This document shows positions 36,401 to 46,891 of a stretch of DNA of 64,000 nucleotides, in pieces (the first letter of the stretch is position 1; the number at the start of each line of letters is the position of its first letter). The position numbers and the translations under genes were made by a program. The notes below the pieces were generated by a model. The model made no database searches. It worked only from the letters and a program-made list of their open reading frames with translations, and had not been told where the DNA came from. The DNA is from a virus, in the IMG/VR virus record IMGVR_UViG_3300023174_000057, positions 1-64,000 of that record. One strand, given 5' to 3'.

Positions 36401-37699
36401 ATGAACCGTCTGGCATCGTTGTACAAGCTCGGGATGGCCCTCCGGGCCTACCGCATGATCAAGCAAGCGGGAGCGAACGATGACGCTCTGGCTCGGGCGC
36501 AGTTCTTGGAGGGGGTGCTCGGCAAGCCCTTCAACAGCGTGTCTGGGCGGGGTAGCCCCATGTCGGCCATCTCCAAGCTCCTGATGGAGCTCTATGGCGA
36601 CCCGACGATGGACGTGAGCTCGTCCCCGTGGATGGCCCGCAACACCAGCACCTACGACAACATCGTCCGTGGCCTCGACTCGATGGTGCGCGGCAAGGGC
36701 GGCAAGACAGGCGAGGAGATCCTCCAAGAGGACCTCCTTCGGGGCCTCTCGGGGAAGGGCAACGTCTTCTACCGGGCGGGGCAGCAGTTCTCCCCGGACA
36801 GCATCAAGGCCGACCCCGACAGCGCCCTCGCGGACATGAAGGGCCGATCCTCGGCCTACGCCAAGAAGATGGCCATCGACGTGATCCGCTCGGAAAAGAG
36901 CCGCGACAAGAGAGAAGAGGGCTTCGGGGCTCCCGGTCACGAAGAGGACTCCTCGGAGCTCGTGCTCACGCTGGGTCGGGTCGAGGCGCTCGCCATCGAC
37001 GACCCCAACGGAGCTTTCGGACGCGGCTTCCACGAGTGGATCAACAGCATCGCGGACAAGGTCCTCACGCCCGAAATGAGCGGGCGCGTGAAGGGCTACA
37101 TCGATCTGAAGATGGAGGGGAGCAACATCTCCGACTCCGCTTACGCGGAGCAGATCGGTGTCATCCGCGAGTCCTTCGCGCGGGCCAAGAAGGTCTGGAG
37201 CGAAGCTGTAGAGAAGTCCTTCAACCAAGCCGCTTCGTCGGGTCGGTTCCCCAAGTTCATCGAAGACGCCCAGAACGCCGTCGCTCTGGCCAACGAGTTC
37301 CGCAGAAAGGCAGCAAGGAAGATCATGGCACGCAACCTCACCGCAGCGGAGCGAGACCTTCGCTCCAAGGTCATTCGTCTCGCCCACCAGAACCCCAGCC
37401 TCCGTCCGCACCTCCTCCCGCTCCTCAAGCAAGCCGACGCAGAGCCCTCGGCGGAACAGATGGCGAGCGAGATCATGGCGGGCCGTCCGTGGGGCGGCGA
37501 CAACTACAAGCCCAAGGCCAAGGACTACGACGATCCCGCGCCGGGTCCGGGCTCGCCGCCCTGCCAGCCCGATGGCGAGGGCGGGTGCTACGAGCACACG
37601 GATATGTACAAGGGCTACGGCAGCACCAACTCGGGCTCCAACGGCTCGGCGGCGCGTCGCGAGTACAACAAGAAGTACCGCAAGATGATGGGTCTGTGA
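36401..37699 (+). CDS. hypothetical protein with internal tag (possible internal start 37325)
   Basis: DLRSKVIRLAHQNPSLRPHLLPLLKQA at about 37355-37435; AAGGAAG before ATG 37325. Confidence 0.75.
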   Translation: MNRLASLYKLGMALRAYRMIKQAGANDDALARAQFLEGVLGKPFNSVSGRGSPMSAISKLLMELYGDPTMDVSSSPWMARNTSTYDNIVRGLDSMVRGKGGKTGEEILQEDLLRGLSGKGNVFYRAGQQFSPDSIKADPDSALADMKGRSSAYAKKMAIDVIRSEKSRDKREEGFGAPGHEEDSSELVLTLGRVEALAIDDPNGAFGRGFHEWINSIADKVLTPEMSGRVKGYIDLKMEGSNISDSAYAEQIGVIRESFARAKKVWSEAVEKSFNQAASSGRFPKFIEDAQNAVALANEFRRKAARKIMARNLTAAERDLRSKVIRLAHQNPSLRPHLLPLLKQADAEPSAEQMASEIMAGRPWGGDNYKPKAKDYDDPAPGPGSPPCQPDGEGGCYEHTDMYKGYGSTNSGSNGSAARREYNKKYRKMMGL

Positions 37700-37929
37700 C
37701 GGCTCACGTCGGTCGCTTCCCGCCGCCGACGAAGTAGTCCCAGTACGAGAACGCCGGGATCGAGTAGTACAACCACCCGCACCCGGCGCACACCCCACGG
37801 GGGCACGACATCTCGTCGCGCCCCCGTTTCCATTTCACCTCGCCCAGCGTCACCTTGCCCTTGCACTGGACGCAAGCCTTCAGCTTGTCGAGTTGGATCA
37901 CGAAGGTGGTGCGGGCTGTATCGTCGGAC

Positions 37930-38703
37930 ATGGGTTCCTACGTTCTACCTTCACGGGCCGAGGACTTCATCCCGACGTTGAAAGACGGCACCGTTCACCT
38001 GCTGCTCACCGACCCCCCGTACTACGGCATCACGGATGACGCGTGGGACAACCAGTGGGCGAGCGACCGTGAGTTCGCGGATTGGTTGTCGGGCATCTTC
38101 CTCCGCGCCCTCCCGAAGCTCACCCCCACGGGCTCGTTGGTGTTCTTCGGCGGGCTGGGTAGGCACGGGTCGCACCCGCTGTTCCGGGTGGTGACGGCCC
38201 TCGAAGACGGGGGCTACACGTTCCGCAACTGGGTGACGTGGAAGAAGCGCCGCGCCTACGGCAAGTCGCACGACTACCTCTACGTTCGGGAGGAGATCCT
38301 CTGGTTCTCCAAGAACCCGGACCGGACGGCGGTGACGTTCAACAAGCCGTACACCGACGAGGTCCGTGGGTACGCGGGCTATGATCCCAAGTACCCCGCG
38401 CACAGCGAGTACAAGCGCGTCGGGAACGTGTGGACGGACATCGACCCGGTGATCGACGACGTGCCGGAACTGTTCCGGCCCAAGAGGTCGTGCCAGAAGC
38501 CAGACAAGCTCATGTCACGGCTGGTCGCCACGCACAGCAACGAGGGGGACTTGGTCGTGGACCCCTTCGCGGGATGGGGCAGCACGGGCATCGCCGCTGT
38601 CACCCTCGGGAGGAAGTTCCTCGGGTGCGAGGCCATCGAAGCGGATGCCCTTGCGGCGGATGGGCGCGTAACCGCCGCCGTGCCTATCATCTATGGTCTG
38701 TGA
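37930..38703 (+). CDS. N6/N4 DNA methyltransferase (beta class)
   Basis: TDPPY before VDPFAGWGST. Confidence 0.9.
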   Translation: MGSYVLPSRAEDFIPTLKDGTVHLLLTDPPYYGITDDAWDNQWASDREFADWLSGIFLRALPKLTPTGSLVFFGGLGRHGSHPLFRVVTALEDGGYTFRNWVTWKKRRAYGKSHDYLYVREEILWFSKNPDRTAVTFNKPYTDEVRGYAGYDPKYPAHSEYKRVGNVWTDIDPVIDDVPELFRPKRSCQKPDKLMSRLVATHSNEGDLVVDPFAGWGSTGIAAVTLGRKFLGCEAIEADALAADGRVTAAVPIIYGL

Positions 38704-39385
38704 GGTAACGCCCGTGAAGGTACTTGGAATCTCGACCACCACGCACGCCTACGGCGAGTCGGCCAGCGGTGCGATGTTGGAAGCTGTGCTGCGGGTGGCA
38801 GCTTCGCGCGGTCACGAGGTGACCCTCCTCGACGCGGCCAAGCTCCACGTCGTCCAGAATCTCTCCTGCTACGCGGGCGGGGGTCGCAATTGTGCCCACC
38901 CCGACGCGGGTCCGTACCGCTGCTGGGCGCACAAGAACTCCGCGGACGACCCTGACGCCTACGGGGGCGTGGACGAGATGCCCGCCTTGTACGACGGGAT
39001 TGCAGACGCCGACGTGGTGGTGTGGGCGACGAGCGTCCGGTGGATGTCTCACTCATCCCTCCTCCAGCGCGTAATCGAGCGCATGAACACGCTGGAGAAC
39101 CGCGCATCCGTGTACGGCGAAGACAACCCTCTCACCGGGAAGTTGGCGGGGGTGCTGGTGGCGGGCCAGCACTATGAAGGGCAGAAGGTCGCGATCTGTC
39201 TTCAAGAGGTGTTCATCCGCCTTGGGTTCACCGTCCCGCTCGACGCCCAGATGGTGTGGCAACGCACCCTTGACCTCACCGTCGAACAGGGTGAGGGATC
39301 GAACCGCCCGCACGTCGCCGCGCACTTGGTGTCCCCCACGGGCCGGGGGCAGATCACCCGGTACCTCCAAGCTCTCGGGCTGTGA
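38693..39385 (+). CDS. flavodoxin-like / NADPH-dependent FMN reductase family protein
   Basis: VLGISTT..., Cys cluster, ADVVVWATSV, IERM, GKLAGV. Confidence 0.7.
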   Translation: MVCEVTPVKVLGISTTTHAYGESASGAMLEAVLRVAASRGHEVTLLDAAKLHVVQNLSCYAGGGRNCAHPDAGPYRCWAHKNSADDPDAYGGVDEMPALYDGIADADVVVWATSVRWMSHSSLLQRVIERMNTLENRASVYGEDNPLTGKLAGVLVAGQHYEGQKVAICLQEVFIRLGFTVPLDAQMVWQRTLDLTVEQGEGSNRPHVAAHLVSPTGRGQITRYLQALGL

Positions 39386-39389
39386 CACC

Positions 39390-40025
39390 GTGAGGATCGC
39401 ACACGTTTCTGACATTCACGGTCACTACAGCACCCTCGACCGGCTGGGGGGGGACGCGCCCGACCTTTGGGTAATCACGGGTGACTTCTTCCCCAACAAG
39501 ACCCGGGGACACGTCCCGACCGAGACCCGCTGGCAGACCAACTGGTTCGGTTACAAGTCGTTCAGCATCCGGCGGCGGTTGATGGGGGCACCCGTGCTCT
39601 TGGTCCCCGGCAACCACGACTACGCCAACCTCGCAGGGCTCCTGCGCCGCGACGGGGTGGACGCCCAAGAAGTCACGCCCGATGGAGTGGAGTTTCGCGG
39701 CGTGCGCTTCGCGGGCTTCGGGCACATCCCGTTCATCGCGGGAGAATGGAACCGCGAGGTCACCGACGTGGAGCTCCACGAGCTCACCCACAGCACCCTC
39801 GACTGCGACCCGGACGTGCTCCTCACCCACAGCCCGCCCAACGGCATCCTCAACGGGCGCTACCCCGGCATCTCCTCCCTCACCACCGCCCTCACCTACC
39901 GCCCGCACAGGGTCACCCACCACCTGTTCGGGCACTGCCACGAGGACGGAGGCAAGAGCGTCGAGCACATGGGCATCACCTTCGTGAACAGCGCCACGAC
40001 CCTCCAGTGGGTCGAGCTCCCGTAA
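39390..40025 (+). CDS. metallophosphoesterase
   Basis: SDIHG, TGDF, PGNHD, THSPP, FGHCHE. Confidence 0.9.
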   Translation: MRIAHVSDIHGHYSTLDRLGGDAPDLWVITGDFFPNKTRGHVPTETRWQTNWFGYKSFSIRRRLMGAPVLLVPGNHDYANLAGLLRRDGVDAQEVTPDGVEFRGVRFAGFGHIPFIAGEWNREVTDVELHELTHSTLDCDPDVLLTHSPPNGILNGRYPGISSLTTALTYRPHRVTHHLFGHCHEDGGKSVEHMGITFVNSATTLQWVELP

Positions 40026-40165
40026 GGCACCCCCCAGATCGAACAGAACGGCCCCTTCCGTGCCCGTTCTCTGGCCGGATGGGTGTCGGTAGCCAACGAG
40101 GGTCTAGGACGCCTCGGAAGGGCTGTCCGTGGGCTCCCACCGTGAGCCTATCAACCTCACAGGGT

Positions 40166-40549
40166 ATGGACCCCGACGACGTTCGCATTCCACCCCCACC
40201 GCCGTCACCGAAGCTCAGTTTTCACTGGGTGCCCCGTCCACAAGGGGCGACGGGTCTGGAGGAGTGGTGCCAGTGGTTGAACTTCCTCGACGGGATTCTC
40301 ACGTCGCACGCGCTCACAGGGGGGAGGTTCACGGAGCTCAACGGGCTGATGTCCCGTGCGTGGGGGGTCTCACCCCTGCTCTACGGCACGATGAAGTTCT
40401 GGCTGTTCTGGTTCGGGCTGAAGTGCTTGGAGAGGGCGTCCGTCAGCAAGGGAGCCCAAAGGGTCCGTGAGAGGGTTCTCCAAGGGATCTTCTTGGTGTT
40501 CCTGCTGGTGTTCCTCTGGCACCTCTTCGTCCTGTCACTTTCGCCTTGA
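40166..40549 (+). CDS. small membrane protein (DUF5658-like)
   Basis: LNFLDGILT...ELNGLM, three hydrophobic segments; CTAT motif 17 nt upstream. Confidence 0.6.
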   Translation: MDPDDVRIPPPPPSPKLSFHWVPRPQGATGLEEWCQWLNFLDGILTSHALTGGRFTELNGLMSRAWGVSPLLYGTMKFWLFWFGLKCLERASVSKGAQRVRERVLQGIFLVFLLVFLWHLFVLSLSP

Positions 40550-41368
40550 CCCCTCCCCCCCTCCCGTAGTAGCCCCCCAAGCTGGATCGTCACCCTCCCC
40601 CCGCAAGGGAGGAGGGGTTGTGGAACACCCTCCCGGTCTGGACCTCGTGAAGCTGCTCCCGTGGAAAGGGGTCGCCTCTCGACAAATAGCCCGGGGAAAG
40701 ACAGGCACCTCCCCAACAGGGGTGCTTGAAGGATTCCAGACCGAAAAGGTCGTAGACAGGTGTACTGAACACCCAAGCAGTCGCTACCGACGATCCCTGA
40801 GAGACGACGAGGCAACCTGTAGATACCGACGAGGCAGACCCCCAAGCCCCTGAGAAGGCCAGTAGGGTCCGTCCCCAACCTCCCGGTGAGTAAGGGTTCC
40901 ACCTCCCCTCTCCCAGCATTGAAAGGATGAAGCCAAGTGCCTACGGTAAGAGGCCCTGAGAGAGGTACGAAAGACTAGCTCTCGTTGCTCCCGACCTTCC
41001 CCGTTCCCGTTGGATCTGTTCGTAGGGAACGACTCCTCCCTCCTCCCAGAGAGGTAGAGAGGTAGTAGAGGGATAGATAGAAGGTTGGATGTAACTGGTA
41101 CCAGAACCTACCACCACCAACAGAACCACACTCAGTCATCCCAATCTCAGTAACACCAACAGTCTCAGTAACAGCATCACCAGCATCAGTAACACCAGCA
41201 CTACCCGTAGCAGTACCAGTAACCGTAGTAGTACCAGCACCAGTAGTAGACGCAGTACCAACGGATAGCCTTGACGGTCTGTAACAGCCCAAGAGAACCA
41301 ATCCGACCTCTTTGAGAGGCTCGGGAGGGGTGAGGTGCGTCTAACGAGCCTATCACTCACGGAATCCT
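40550..41368. other. long non-coding-like, lower-GC, low-complexity region (candidate replication origin)
   Basis: No ORF with phage codon bias; CAGTAACA(C/G)CA-type degenerate repeats at 41095-41260. Confidence 0.35.
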
Positions 41369-41692
41369 GTGAGTGACACGAGAACCTTGTTGCCGTTCCG
41401 TGGGTTGGTGGACAACTGCTGGAGCCTGTTGAGGGGAGACCTGTTCGTGAGCTTCCCTACGAGCTCTCGGTCACATCCCTCACGGGAAGTCTGTCTCCAG
41501 CCTATCGGGTACATCTGGCCGGGAGACTTCTGGGAGGGGCTGGTAGTCCCTACCCTTGCTGATCTGCTACGGAACCCCCCCACCTATCAGTTCGGGTGGA
41601 GGAACCCCCTCGCGAGGAATCTCGTGGAGGCGTATTTTCGGCGTTCCCTGACAGGATCGGTCTGGTCCTCGTGGGTGGACTTCTCTTTCTGA
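41369..41692 (+). CDS. hypothetical protein
   Basis: CCTAT motif upstream. Confidence 0.5.
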   Translation: MSDTRTLLPFRGLVDNCWSLLRGDLFVSFPTSSRSHPSREVCLQPIGYIWPGDFWEGLVVPTLADLLRNPPTYQFGWRNPLARNLVEAYFRRSLTGSVWSSWVDFSF

Positions 41693-41712
41693 CCGACTGA
41701 CAGGAGACCCTC

Positions 41713-42144
41713 ATGGCTGGTAGGCACATCACCCTCGACGCATCGGTTCGTGACCCCTCGGTGTTCTCCCACGACCACCTCCGGGGGTTCTTCCTCGGCC
41801 TCTGTGAGAAGCTGGACATGGAGATCATCCACGGACCCGTCTTCAAGGACGTGGGGATCGACCCTGCCAAGCTGGCAGCGGTCAAGTCCGGGGGGGTCTT
41901 CCAAGACGAGGGGGGTACCACCGGGATGGTGGTGATCAGCACCTCTCACATCTCGATCCACACTTGGGAGCTCCGTCGCTTCTTTCAACTCGACGTGTTC
42001 TCCTGCAAGAACTTCGACGGGGAAGCTGCCCTTCGGTTCATCTACGAGTCCCTCGGGGTCGTCCGCGCCAGCCTGTGCGAGATCGTCCGCTACGACGAGT
42101 ACACCCCTCCGACCGTCATGCAGACCACCACCGTCGTCCGGTGA
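41713..42144 (+). CDS. speD: S-adenosylmethionine decarboxylase proenzyme
   Basis: GRHITLD, GTTGMVVISTSHISIHTW, LDVFSCK. Confidence 0.85.
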   Translation: MAGRHITLDASVRDPSVFSHDHLRGFFLGLCEKLDMEIIHGPVFKDVGIDPAKLAAVKSGGVFQDEGGTTGMVVISTSHISIHTWELRRFFQLDVFSCKNFDGEAALRFIYESLGVVRASLCEIVRYDEYTPPTVMQTTTVVR

Positions 42145-42191
42145 CCCTCGGGGCGTAACGGCGGGAGGCCCTATGGTGGGCCTCCTGTACG

Positions 42192-42839
42192 GTGCCCACG
42201 GTGTACGTCCCAACCTCCTGCATCTTGTTTCACGGTCCCGGCTCGGAGGCTGCGGGTCACGCCGCCGCCACGGCTTTCGGGAGGTTGCTCCCCTTCACGG
42301 GGTCGTCCCTCAAGAAGGAGGGGGCACGGGAGCTCGTGTCCCTCCTCTCCCAGCGGGCCGTGGGCAGTGGCCGCTCGGCGGTGTTGGTCGGTCCCGTGGA
42401 CGAGGTCAACCCCGCCACCAGTGATGTCCTCCTCAAGACCATCGAGGAGTTCAACCCGGACGGCACCCGCCCCTTCTTGTGGGCGTGGGACCTCGGCGGG
42501 GTGTCCCTCACCCTGCGGTCCCGGTGCGTCCTACGTTTCTGCCCCGGGGCGGACACCCGCACGGAGGACTACCTCTCCGTGGCCGAGTCCCTCGTCGGCG
42601 CGTACCGGGAGGGTGATTGGGTGACGGTGATCGAGACGGTGAAGGAGAGCGAGGGGTCAGACCTCCTCATCCGCGCCGTGGTGGACCTCCTCGCCCCCAA
42701 GCTCGCCGTCACCGACCCAGACCCAAGGCACGTCTCTCTCTGGGAGTGCCTTCGACCTCTGTTCAACGGGGCACCTCTCACGCCCGCTCGCTTGGTGGCA
42801 GCGTTCCTTCAAGCCGACCACCGGGCGGGGAGCCCGTGA
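42192..42839 (+). CDS. clamp-loader delta'-like subunit
   Basis: ILFHGPG, ATSDVLLKTIEE, TLRSRC. Confidence 0.7.
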   Translation: MPTVYVPTSCILFHGPGSEAAGHAAATAFGRLLPFTGSSLKKEGARELVSLLSQRAVGSGRSAVLVGPVDEVNPATSDVLLKTIEEFNPDGTRPFLWAWDLGGVSLTLRSRCVLRFCPGADTRTEDYLSVAESLVGAYREGDWVTVIETVKESEGSDLLIRAVVDLLAPKLAVTDPDPRHVSLWECLRPLFNGAPLTPARLVAAFLQADHRAGSP

Positions 42840-43795
42840 AGCTCCCTGCGGCACTCTTGGTGGCGGGCACGGATGCCCACCGTCGCCGCGCGTTCGTCCG
42901 TGATCTCGTCACCAAGTGTGCGCGGGAGGGCTACGACACCCCGCCGTTGGACGGGACGGACAGGGCTGGTGTGCAGTCCCTCATGGGCTTTGTCGGGGTG
43001 CTGTCGTCCAAGCCCACCCTCGCCGTGGTCACGCACCCGGAGAAGTTGCACCCCGCCGACGTGGGCGACCACCTCCGTGACCCCAACCCCTGTCTCACCC
43101 TCCTGCTGGTGAGCGAGGTGGACAAGCCCTCGGGGGGCATCCTCGACGGGTTCCCCCCCGCCCAGACCAAGACGTTCACCCTCCCGCCCTTCTACAAGCT
43201 CGATGAGCACGCTGCGGAGTACGCGCGGGAGCTCGCCAAGTCTCGTGGTGTGGCCCTCCCTGATGGTCTCGCGCGGGCCATCGTGCGGAAGGTGGGCAAC
43301 GACCTCGGGGTGGTCTACTACGAGATCGACAAGGCCGTCACCCTCGCCCGCGCCCTCGGTGTGGTCCTGCTGGAGCCCGCGCACCTCAAGGGGACTCTCG
43401 CGCCTCTCACGGAGCTCGATGGCAGCACCGTGGTGGAAGCACTGGGCACCCGTAACGCGAAGCTCCTCGCGGACGAGCTCACCCGGTACAAGAACTCCAA
43501 GAAGGGCGACCCCACCATCGAGCTCTGTGGGCGCACGCTCACACCCACGGTCCTCCGTTGGCTCCAAGCCGCTCATCTCCACGGCAAGGGGGTGTCACCC
43601 GCCAGCGCCTCTGGGAGGGTAGGGTCGAGCCCGTGGTACTGGGAGCACAAGGTTCTCCCCTGTGCGCGAGCATGGGGGACTGATGGGTGCCGGGATCTGG
43701 TGGGGGCCATCGCACGCGCGCAAAACGCCGTGTTCGACGGGGCTGTCAGCCCTTGGGCGTTGCTGGAATCCGGCCTCCTTCGATTGTCTCGGTGA
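42836..43795 (+). CDS. clamp-loader delta-like subunit
   Basis: VGNDLGVVYYEIDK; follows the delta'-like gene. Confidence 0.65.
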   Translation: MKLPAALLVAGTDAHRRRAFVRDLVTKCAREGYDTPPLDGTDRAGVQSLMGFVGVLSSKPTLAVVTHPEKLHPADVGDHLRDPNPCLTLLLVSEVDKPSGGILDGFPPAQTKTFTLPPFYKLDEHAAEYARELAKSRGVALPDGLARAIVRKVGNDLGVVYYEIDKAVTLARALGVVLLEPAHLKGTLAPLTELDGSTVVEALGTRNAKLLADELTRYKNSKKGDPTIELCGRTLTPTVLRWLQAAHLHGKGVSPASASGRVGSSPWYWEHKVLPCARAWGTDGCRDLVGAIARAQNAVFDGAVSPWALLESGLLRLSR

Positions 43796-43906
43796 CCCCC
43801 GTTTGCCCTTTGATATCCGACCCGATGTACCCCCAGCGGGGGGGTCGGGGCGTCCACCCATCTTTTCCCCGACAACAACGCCTTGAGACGAGTGAGGAGT
43901 CAACTC

Positions 43907-46891
43907 ATGCTCGACGGGAGCCCTTTCCCCAATCTTCTGAGTGAGTTCGTGTACACGCGCACCTACGCGCGCTGGTTGGAGGACGCCAAGCGCCGCGAAT
44001 CGTGGCCCGAGACCGTCCTTCGTTACGTTGACTACATCTTCAAGGACAAGACCGTGCCGCACGGGCTCCGGGAGCGGGTCGAGAAGTTGATCCTCAACTT
44101 CGACGTGCTGGGTTCGATGCGGGCGTTGTGGTGCGCGGGTCCCGCGATGGACCGCGACAACGTGTGCGGGTACAACTGCTCGTCCCTGCCCGTGGACAAC
44201 CTCCGGGCGTTCAGCGAGGCCCTCTACATCCTCATGCAGGGCACGGGCGTGGGTTTCAGCGTCGAGCGCACGTTCACCGACAACCTCCCGGAGATCGCCC
44301 AACCCACGGGCGACACCATCGACTACATCATCCAAGACAGCACCGAAGGCTGGGCCGATGCCGTGTACTTCGGGATGGTGCAGTACCACCTCGGGCACCG
44401 GGTCAACTGGAACTACTCGCTCATCCGGGCGAAGGGTGAACGCCTCCACACCAAGGGTGGGCGGGCCAGCGGGCCGGAACCCCTCAAGCGAGTGCTGGAT
44501 TTCGCTGGAGAGACCATCGCCAACGCGGCGGGCCGTCGCCTGAAGCCCATCGAGGCGCACGACATCATGTGCATGATCGCGGAGATCGTGATGGTGGGCG
44601 GGTTCCGCCGCGCCAGCCTGATCTCCTTCAGCGACGTGGACGACGCGGAGATGCGCGACGCCAAGGACTGGTCGAAGGGGACGTTCCCGTCGATTCGGTA
44701 CATGGCGAACAACAGCGCCGTGTACTTCGACCGCCCCACGGAGGAGGTGTTCTGGCGCGAGTGGAACTCCCTCGCCAAGTCGGGCTCGGGCGAGCGGGGT
44801 TTCTACATCGTCAGTCCCCAGAACGTCGTCAAGCGCGGCGGCGAGTTTCGCAGTAATCCCTGCGTCACCGGGGACACCCGCGTGATGACCGACCGTGGCA
44901 TGGTCCAGATCCGTGACCTCGTCGGCAAGCCCTCCAAGCTCCTGCTCGACCAGCGGTTCGGCACGGACGGTTTCGGCCACACCACGGAAGCCGGGGCGTT
45001 CAAGACGGGCACGAAGGAAGTTTTCCGCCTCACCACGGAGGAGGGGTACACCCTGCGCCTCACGGCAGACCACCGTGTGATGACATCTCGCGGGTGGGTC
45101 GAGGCTCGTCACCTCACCCCCGCCGACCGGGTTCACGTCATCAACCACGGCGGTGGTTTCGGCACCAAGGGGGATGAGAACCTCGGGATGCTGGCCGGGT
45201 GGTTGTCGGGCGACGGCTGCGTGCTGGAGAACGGTGTCCCCCGCTTCTACTTCTACGGCGAGAAGCGTGAGCTCACGGCTCGCATGGCCGTGGCAGCGCA
45301 AGCCGTCACCGGGGGTGCGCTCCCGATGTTCCACACCTACCTCCCGATTGACCGTGACACCTTCCAGAGCGCGGACCTCCGCGAGTACCTCGGGGGGATG
45401 GCCAAGGGCCGGGTGCCGGAATTCGTCTGGCAGGGCACCAAGGACTGCCAGCGCGGTTACCTCTCGGCCCTGTTCAGTGCCGATGGGTCTGTGCAGGGAA
45501 CCCGTGAGAAGGGGGCCTCGGTGCGTCTGTCGTCGGTGGAGGCAGACCTCCTCCGCGACGTGCAGATGCTCCTGCTCAATTTCGGCGTAGCGTCGAAGCT
45601 CTACTTGAACCGACACGAGGCGGGCACCCGCCTACTGCCCGATGGCAATGGTGGTCTGGCTCCGTACCCGTGCCAAGCGGATCACGAGCTCGTGGTGAGC
45701 AAGGCCAACCTCGTCGCGTTCCACCGCAACGTAGGCTTCATGCTGGCCTCCAAGGAGGCCAAGCTGACTGCGCTCGTCGATGGGTTCGTTCGTGGCCCCT
45801 ACGCCGAAAAGTTCACCGCTCGGGTATCCACCATCGAGTCCTGCGGCGTCGAGGACGTGTACGACCTCACGGAGCCGACGACGCACTCGTTCGTGGCGAA
45901 CGGCGTGGTGGTCCACAACTGCGGCGAGATCCTCCTGCGCTTCAAGCGGGCGACCGACCCGTGGACGGGCGCGGGCGGCGGTGGGCAGTTCTGCAACCTC
46001 ACGGCGGCGGTGATGCGCCCGCACGACACCCTTGAAACGATGGCCGAGAAGGTTCACGCGGCGACGTGGCTGGGGGTGATTCAGTCCTCTTACACGCACT
46101 TCCCCTACCTTCGCCCCGCGTGGAAGGAGCTTTGCGACGAGGACCGCCTCGTGGGCGTGGACATCACGGGCCAGTGCGACAACCCGGCGCTCTCGGGCGA
46201 CGAGGAAGCGATGACGTACCTCAATGCCCTCGCACGTTCGACGGCGATCATCGCGGCGGCAACCCTCAAGGTTAACCGCCCTGCGGCGATCACCTGCGGC
46301 AAGCCCAGCGGGAACTCGTCGCAGTTCGTGGACTGCGCCAGCGGGTTTCACACCCGCTACGCGAAGCACTACTTCCGGCACGTTCGGATTTCTTCCAAGG
46401 ACCCGTTGTTCCACCTCGTGCGGGACCAAGGCGTACCCCTCTTCAAAGAGAACGGGCAGGAGCACTTGGAGGACGACAAGGTGGACGTGTGGGTGGCGCG
46501 GTTCCCGGTGAAGAGCCCCGATGGTGCGAAGCTCCGCGAGCACGAGCGGGCGCTTCAGCAGTTGGAGCGGTACCGCCAGATCATGCGGACGTGGTGCGGT
46601 GACAAGGGTCACAACCAGAGCGCGACCGTGTACGTCCGGGACGAAGAGTGGCAGGAAGTCGGTCAATGGCTCTGGGAGCACTTCGACGAGGTGACCGGGC
46701 TGTCGTTCCTGAACTACGACGGGGGCGCGTACCGCCTCGCCCCCTACGTCGAGATCACGGAGGAGGAGTACCTCGCCGCCCAGAAGGTGATGCCGCGCGT
46801 GCGGTTCGACCTGCTGCGTCGGTACGAAACGGGCGACATGGGCGACGGTGCCCGTGAAGCCGCGTGCGTGGGTGGGGCGTGCGACGTTTGA
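43907..46891 (+). CDS. nrdJ: class II (B12-dependent) ribonucleotide reductase containing an intein
   Basis: YTRTYAR, GYNC, GTGVGFSV, NP|CGEI, TCGKPSGNSS, C-terminal ACVGGACDV. Confidence 0.92.
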   Translation: MLDGSPFPNLLSEFVYTRTYARWLEDAKRRESWPETVLRYVDYIFKDKTVPHGLRERVEKLILNFDVLGSMRALWCAGPAMDRDNVCGYNCSSLPVDNLRAFSEALYILMQGTGVGFSVERTFTDNLPEIAQPTGDTIDYIIQDSTEGWADAVYFGMVQYHLGHRVNWNYSLIRAKGERLHTKGGRASGPEPLKRVLDFAGETIANAAGRRLKPIEAHDIMCMIAEIVMVGGFRRASLISFSDVDDAEMRDAKDWSKGTFPSIRYMANNSAVYFDRPTEEVFWREWNSLAKSGSGERGFYIVSPQNVVKRGGEFRSNPCVTGDTRVMTDRGMVQIRDLVGKPSKLLLDQRFGTDGFGHTTEAGAFKTGTKEVFRLTTEEGYTLRLTADHRVMTSRGWVEARHLTPADRVHVINHGGGFGTKGDENLGMLAGWLSGDGCVLENGVPRFYFYGEKRELTARMAVAAQAVTGGALPMFHTYLPIDRDTFQSADLREYLGGMAKGRVPEFVWQGTKDCQRGYLSALFSADGSVQGTREKGASVRLSSVEADLLRDVQMLLLNFGVASKLYLNRHEAGTRLLPDGNGGLAPYPCQADHELVVSKANLVAFHRNVGFMLASKEAKLTALVDGFVRGPYAEKFTARVSTIESCGVEDVYDLTEPTTHSFVANGVVVHNCGEILLRFKRATDPWTGAGGGGQFCNLTAAVMRPHDTLETMAEKVHAATWLGVIQSSYTHFPYLRPAWKELCDEDRLVGVDITGQCDNPALSGDEEAMTYLNALARSTAIIAAATLKVNRPAAITCGKPSGNSSQFVDCASGFHTRYAKHYFRHVRISSKDPLFHLVRDQGVPLFKENGQEHLEDDKVDVWVARFPVKSPDGAKLREHERALQQLERYRQIMRTWCGDKGHNQSATVYVRDEEWQEVGQWLWEHFDEVTGLSFLNYDGGAYRLAPYVEITEEEYLAAQKVMPRVRFDLLRRYETGDMGDGAREAACVGGACDV
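44861..45919 (+). mobile_element. intein with LAGLIDADG homing endonuclease
   Basis: Begins CVTGDT after SNP, ends VVHN before CGEI; LAGWLSGDG and LSALFSADG motifs. Confidence 0.92.

Noticed and set aside
43595-45616. Long antisense or alternate-frame ORFs (also 15548-17323, 36362-37798, 47877-49304, 51073-52392)
   Set aside because: Shadow ORFs of high-GC coding genes with no recognisable motifs.
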